Source: Octopus bimaculoides
Lineage: Eukaryota
Direction: 5' to 3'
Assembly (NCBI RefSeq): GCF_001194135.2
Contig: NC_068991.1
Coordinates: 26,777,647-26,841,646 of the forward strand
Length of the DNA stretch: 64,000 bases
Within the stretch, counting starts at the first letter, position 1, and each line of letters opens with the position of its first letter. A model generated the notes under the pieces. That model searched no databases. It was not told where the DNA came from and saw nothing but the letters and a program-made list of their open reading frames with translations. Both the position numbers and the translations under genes were made by a program. Below are positions 61,999 to 64,000 of the stretch, in pieces.

Positions 61999-62849
61999 TT
62001 AAAGTTATCACGATGAAGGCCAATTTGAGCTTTATCTAGATATAGTGTATGTTTTATGATGTTCACTGTATATTTGTTTTAAAACAGCCAACGGCGATTT
62101 AGCTTTTGTTATTTGTAAACAATCGAACCACATAAAAACATACTCCATGATTCAATGGACTTTCTCGACTTCACGACAGGCAATTTGTAATTCTTAGAAG
62201 GCTCTTAATATAGAAGATTATCATGAATAAATATATTTGTATTCTCATGACACTGTAATTAGTGGTCGTCACTGGTGGCACATAATCACACAGTTTCGCA
62301 TATATCACAGTTGATTTTTCTGTACAGTGAATTATTCACTGATTTGAAACATCATGTATGAAATTATTTTACTGGCATTGCAACACTAGGAATAACTACA
62401 AATTTGTTATTTTCAAGAGTCTGAGATGTATTTAAATTGAGGCTCAGTTTGTATAGTTGCAGAAAACTGTTGTTGTTTATTTCAGAATAATCTTTAGAAA
62501 GAAATTGTTAGTAGTTGAAGAGACTTGTCACGGAATACAGAGCACATGAAATTATTGACAATTGATAATGTGTAAAGAAAAATCGATATCAGAAGCAGCA
62601 GCAGCAGCAACAGATGCGGAAACATAATAATGGTGATGATGAAAAATAAATGAATAAATGGGAGGAATGACAAAGTAAAAGATTTAGAAAGTGATGAGTA
62701 ATAAATGAGAGACGATCATAACTATTACAACGTTATTAATGTTGAAAGGAAATTCAGAGAAGTGGATAAATAATAAAAGTGGTAATTGTTAATTAGTATT
62801 ATTTTTATTATTACTATTACCATAACGTTTCCAAAATTTTCATGCGAGT

Positions 62850-63230
62850 TTTTACTGAATCGCCAGGTGCACTTGTGTGTTCCTGCACTTTGTGTAAATT
62901 TGTGTTTGCATATTTCATCTGAAGTATTTTGTTATGAAAGTTGCTTTGTTGTTTTTCGAAGTTATTTTTGTGTTTCGTCTGTTGTGTGGAATACATGCAG
63001 CTTTGGTTGGTGTTTTACATTTATATGTGGATTTGAGGTGTTTTATGTGTTCTAGTGTTGAGTTGTGATTTTGGTAGAGTTTGTGTGGTTTGTGTGAATT
63101 ATGCTAAACAATTAGGCGAAAGTTCACATAATGTGAGCTGTCTGACAGTGGTTGTTGGAGTGTAGTATGTTTTACACTCTCAGTTTTCGATTATGTATTA
63201 TGTATATTTGATTGTATAACGTATATGTTG
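62850..63230 (-). mobile_element. possible highly decayed Naiad-type GIY-YIG region
   Basis: Fragments IHNRKL, CELSPNCLA and MKYANTNL in shifting frames. Confidence 0.3.
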
Positions 63231-64000
63231 CGTAGGTTGCGCAAAGTCACGACTGCATCAGCTGTACTATTGAACTTGTAGTAATTCGAGTAGGCGTGAA
63301 TTGTGAAAACGAAGATGGAAATGAAAGGGTACACAGGGGTAAAATAATTAGAAGAAAGGTGTAAGAAGAAGGGAAAAAAAGACGAGTAAATATCTGAGAA
63401 GACGACAGCTGCGCATAACTAATTTTTGGAGGACGAAAAGTAAAAAAAAAAGGGAGCGAAGAAGTGCAAAATGAGAACTAATAATGTAAAGTAAATTAGA
63501 ATACATGACTTTAATGAAACAGACTTAGTAAAAATGAGACAAAACAAAGGGAAAGAAGGATAAAAATTCAATTGTATTACTTAATGTATCTTCGAATTGT
63601 AAAAAGAAGAAAGACATCACCCAAAATAAGGAAAATTGAAAAATATATATAAATTTCGAGAAATTTAAATTTCCTGAAGTTAACTAAAACTTTCTTGAAA
63701 CACAATGTGTACATACATATATACATACACAATAACTTATATACACATGTATATGCGCAAACATATGTACACAAAACACACGTACACATAATACACACAC
63801 ACATATATACAAAGATATATAATGTTATGTATTATTAATAAGACAAGGAAATAGAAACTCTCCCAGCACGAATTAGGTGAGCGATAATTAATCGCTTGGT
63901 CTGCAAAAACAGCCAATTCTCTCTCAAATCATAGAACTTCTTCTTGAATAGACAAAAGGGTATATATGTTTATACAAATTAATGAAGTACTGGTTACATT

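Overview
AT-rich, repeat-dense eukaryotic genomic DNA with many N gaps, most of them next to microsatellites. The tRNA-derived SINE families match, from recall, those of Octopus, so the source is inferred to be a coleoid cephalopod. No host protein-coding gene can be identified with confidence: nearly all listed ORFs are microsatellite or gap artefacts, and only weak candidate short exons were seen. The window contains five Tc1/mariner relics with clear transposase motifs plus a probable sixth (mariner DD34D and maT DD37D types), one TA-flanked MITE, Penelope-like element (PLE) fragments of two endonuclease types, 3' ends of Dong/R4 and RTE LINEs, more than 15 SINE copies, and a degenerate (TAACCC)n tract. 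The main hidden signal is about 8 type-I hammerhead-ribozyme (HHR)-like motifs from several families. One (42609-42736, minus) has an intact catalytic core, and its predicted cleavage site coincides with the inner boundary of a 200-bp inverted repeat. Two others form the tails of a head-to-head pair of composite 'tRNA head + (AAT)n + HHR' elements at 35.1-36.2 kb, a candidate PLE-mobilised ribozyme SINE. All alignments and translations were done by eye.
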